A stretch of 64,000 bases of DNA from Leptolyngbyaceae cyanobacterium (GTDB lineage Bacteria > Cyanobacteriota > Cyanobacteriia > Phormidesmidales > Phormidesmidaceae): NCBI GenBank assembly GCA_965263355.1, contig CBDHHL010000056.1, forward strand, positions 1,856,001-1,920,000, in the 5' to 3' direction. Within the stretch, counting starts at the first letter, position 1. Every line of letters starts with the position of its first letter. Both the position numbers and the translations under genes were made by a program. Below, one piece after another: positions 62,588-64,000 of this stretch. The notes beneath the pieces were generated by a model. The model had not been told where the DNA came from. It did no database searches and was given only the letters and a program-made list of their open reading frames with translations.

Positions 62588-64000
62588 ATGACAAATTCCT
62601 CATCATCTAGGAAAGCGCTTGTTCTACAAAGAAGCTTTTCACCATTTAGCAACCAGCTTATCCAAGCAGGGTATGTTGATACTGACCAAATGCAGCAAGC
62701 ATTGGTTGAAAGTCGAAAGTCAGGGCGCTCGTTAACAGATGTTTTAGAATCTTTAACGGGCCAGCAGCTAAGTCCAGAACTCTTAAGGCAGTACAAGAAA
62801 CAACAGCTATTCGAACTTAAGATTCTCTACGGGGTTGAGTCATTAGATCCTGAAATTGAAAGCGTATCTGATACCAAAGTTGGCAATCTGATTGACGACT
62901 TAATCCCTGTTGATATCTGTCGTCGTCATAGATTACTGCCACTTTCTCGTACCGATGATCCCGAGGGAGCTTCCACCGTGCTAGTGGCAATGGTGGATCC
63001 AGAAAATTTAGAGGCTCAGGATGATCTAAATCGCATTTTACGTCCTAAGAATCTGAAACTGCGTCGCATGGTAATTACCGTTGAAGATTACCAACGGATG
63101 ATTTCAGTGTATCTAGATGATCAGGTTGCTAAAGAAAAGCAGCGCGATTTTGAGCAGGCTGTTGATGTTAACGCTAATTTAGAAGATCTGGACCTTGATG
63201 CCGCCGATCTTGAAGAAACACTGGACGAAGAAGCTGATCTAAGTACAGCAGTTCAAGATGCAGGAGCTGCTCCTGTTATTGCTCTGGTTAATAAGATATT
63301 GGTAAAGGCCCTTCAAGAAGGTGCTTCCGATATCCATGTCGAGCCTCAGGAAGAATTTTTACGAATTCGTTTTCGCCGTGATGGTGTTTTACGTCAGGCT
63401 TTTCAAAAGTTTCCTAAAAAAATTATCCCAGCGGTTACAGCTCGTCTAAAAATTATCGCGGAACTAGATATTGCTGAGCGGCGTGTTCCCCAGGATGGTC
63501 GAATTCGAAGGGTCTTTCAGGGACGTAAAGTTGACTTTCGAGTGAGTACTATTCCCAGTCGTTATGGCGAAAAGGTAGTTTTACGTATATTAGATAATAC
63601 TAACACTCAGCTTGGTTTGGATAAGCTGATAACCGATGACGAAACCCTAAAAATCGTTCGGGATATGACCAGTTCCCCTTATGGTTTGATTCTGGTGACG
63701 GGGCCTACAGGATCAGGTAAAACGACTACTTTATATTCGGTTTTAGCGGAACGTAATGATCCAAGCATCAACATTAGTACGGCAGAAGACCCTATCGAAT
63801 ATGCGTTACCTGGCATTACACAGGTACAAGTCATTCGTGAAAAAGGTATTGACTTTTCACTCCTTCTACGAGCGTTCCTGCGCCAGGATCCCGATGTTAT
63901 TCTGGTGGGTGAGACCCGTGATACTGAAACTGCTAAAACTGCAATCGAAGCAGCACTCACTGGTCACTTAGTTTTGACTACTCTGCATACCAATGATGCT
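62588..64000 (+). CDS. pilB: Type IV pilus assembly ATPase PilB (truncated by window end; absent from ORF track)
   Basis: Manual translation MTNSSSSRKALV..., ASDIHVEP, LDIAERRVPQDGR, GPTGSGKTTTLY, TAEDPIEY, LRQDPDVILVGETRD, TGHLVLTTLHTND. Confidence 0.95.
   Translation, partial: MTNSSSSRKALVLQRSFSPFSNQLIQAGYVDTDQMQQALVESRKSGRSLTDVLESLTGQQLSPELLRQYKKQQLFELKILYGVESLDPEIESVSDTKVGNLIDDLIPVDICRRHRLLPLSRTDDPEGASTVLVAMVDPENLEAQDDLNRILRPKNLKLRRMVITVEDYQRMISVYLDDQVAKEKQRDFEQAVDVNANLEDLDLDAADLEETLDEEADLSTAVQDAGAAPVIALVNKILVKALQEGASDIHVEPQEEFLRIRFRRDGVLRQAFQKFPKKIIPAVTARLKIIAELDIAERRVPQDGRIRRVFQGRKVDFRVSTIPSRYGEKVVLRILDNTNTQLGLDKLITDDETLKIVRDMTSSPYGLILVTGPTGSGKTTTLYSVLAERNDPSINISTAEDPIEYALPGITQVQVIREKGIDFSLLLRAFLRQDPDVILVGETRDTETAKTAIEAALTGHLVLTTLHTNDA

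Noticed and set aside
62485..63971. ORFs 62485-62796(-), 63679-63960(-) and 63756-63971(+)
   Set aside because: Overlap the pilB reading frame, which has clear ATPase motifs

Overview
Cyanobacterial chromosomal window. The assignment rests on petJ/petE, petC/petA, CP12, ycf37- and ycf23-like genes and more than 20 HIP1 GCGATCGC octamers. Most of it is housekeeping: aroF, recN, ftsH, rsh, mnmE, ssb, mreBCD, dtd, queD, rpmI-rplT, prs, cysS, rsgA, grpE-dnaK-dnaJ, and pilB running off the right edge. I recognised no rRNA, tRNA, CRISPR array or transposase. The most notable items are: (1) a three-gene candidate trans-envelope signalling module of a CHASE2-Ser/Thr kinase, a secreted FecR-domain protein with a Pro/Thr stalk, and an outer-membrane beta-barrel (2.5-8.3 kb); (2) a glutamine (glnA-type) riboswitch plus NtcA box in front of a 2xDUF4278-PirA-like fusion (41.5-42.05 kb); (3) a HEPN (RxxxxH) gene absent as a whole from the ORF track, split by a 139-bp MITE with 25-bp terminal inverted repeats and an 8-bp target-site duplication (43.4-44.2 kb); (4) an animal/actinomycete-type GH13 amylase lipoprotein whose third catalytic residue is Lys instead of Asp; (5) a candidate ~155-nt structured sRNA between ftsH and the amylase gene. 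All calls come from reading motifs by eye; no database searches were run.
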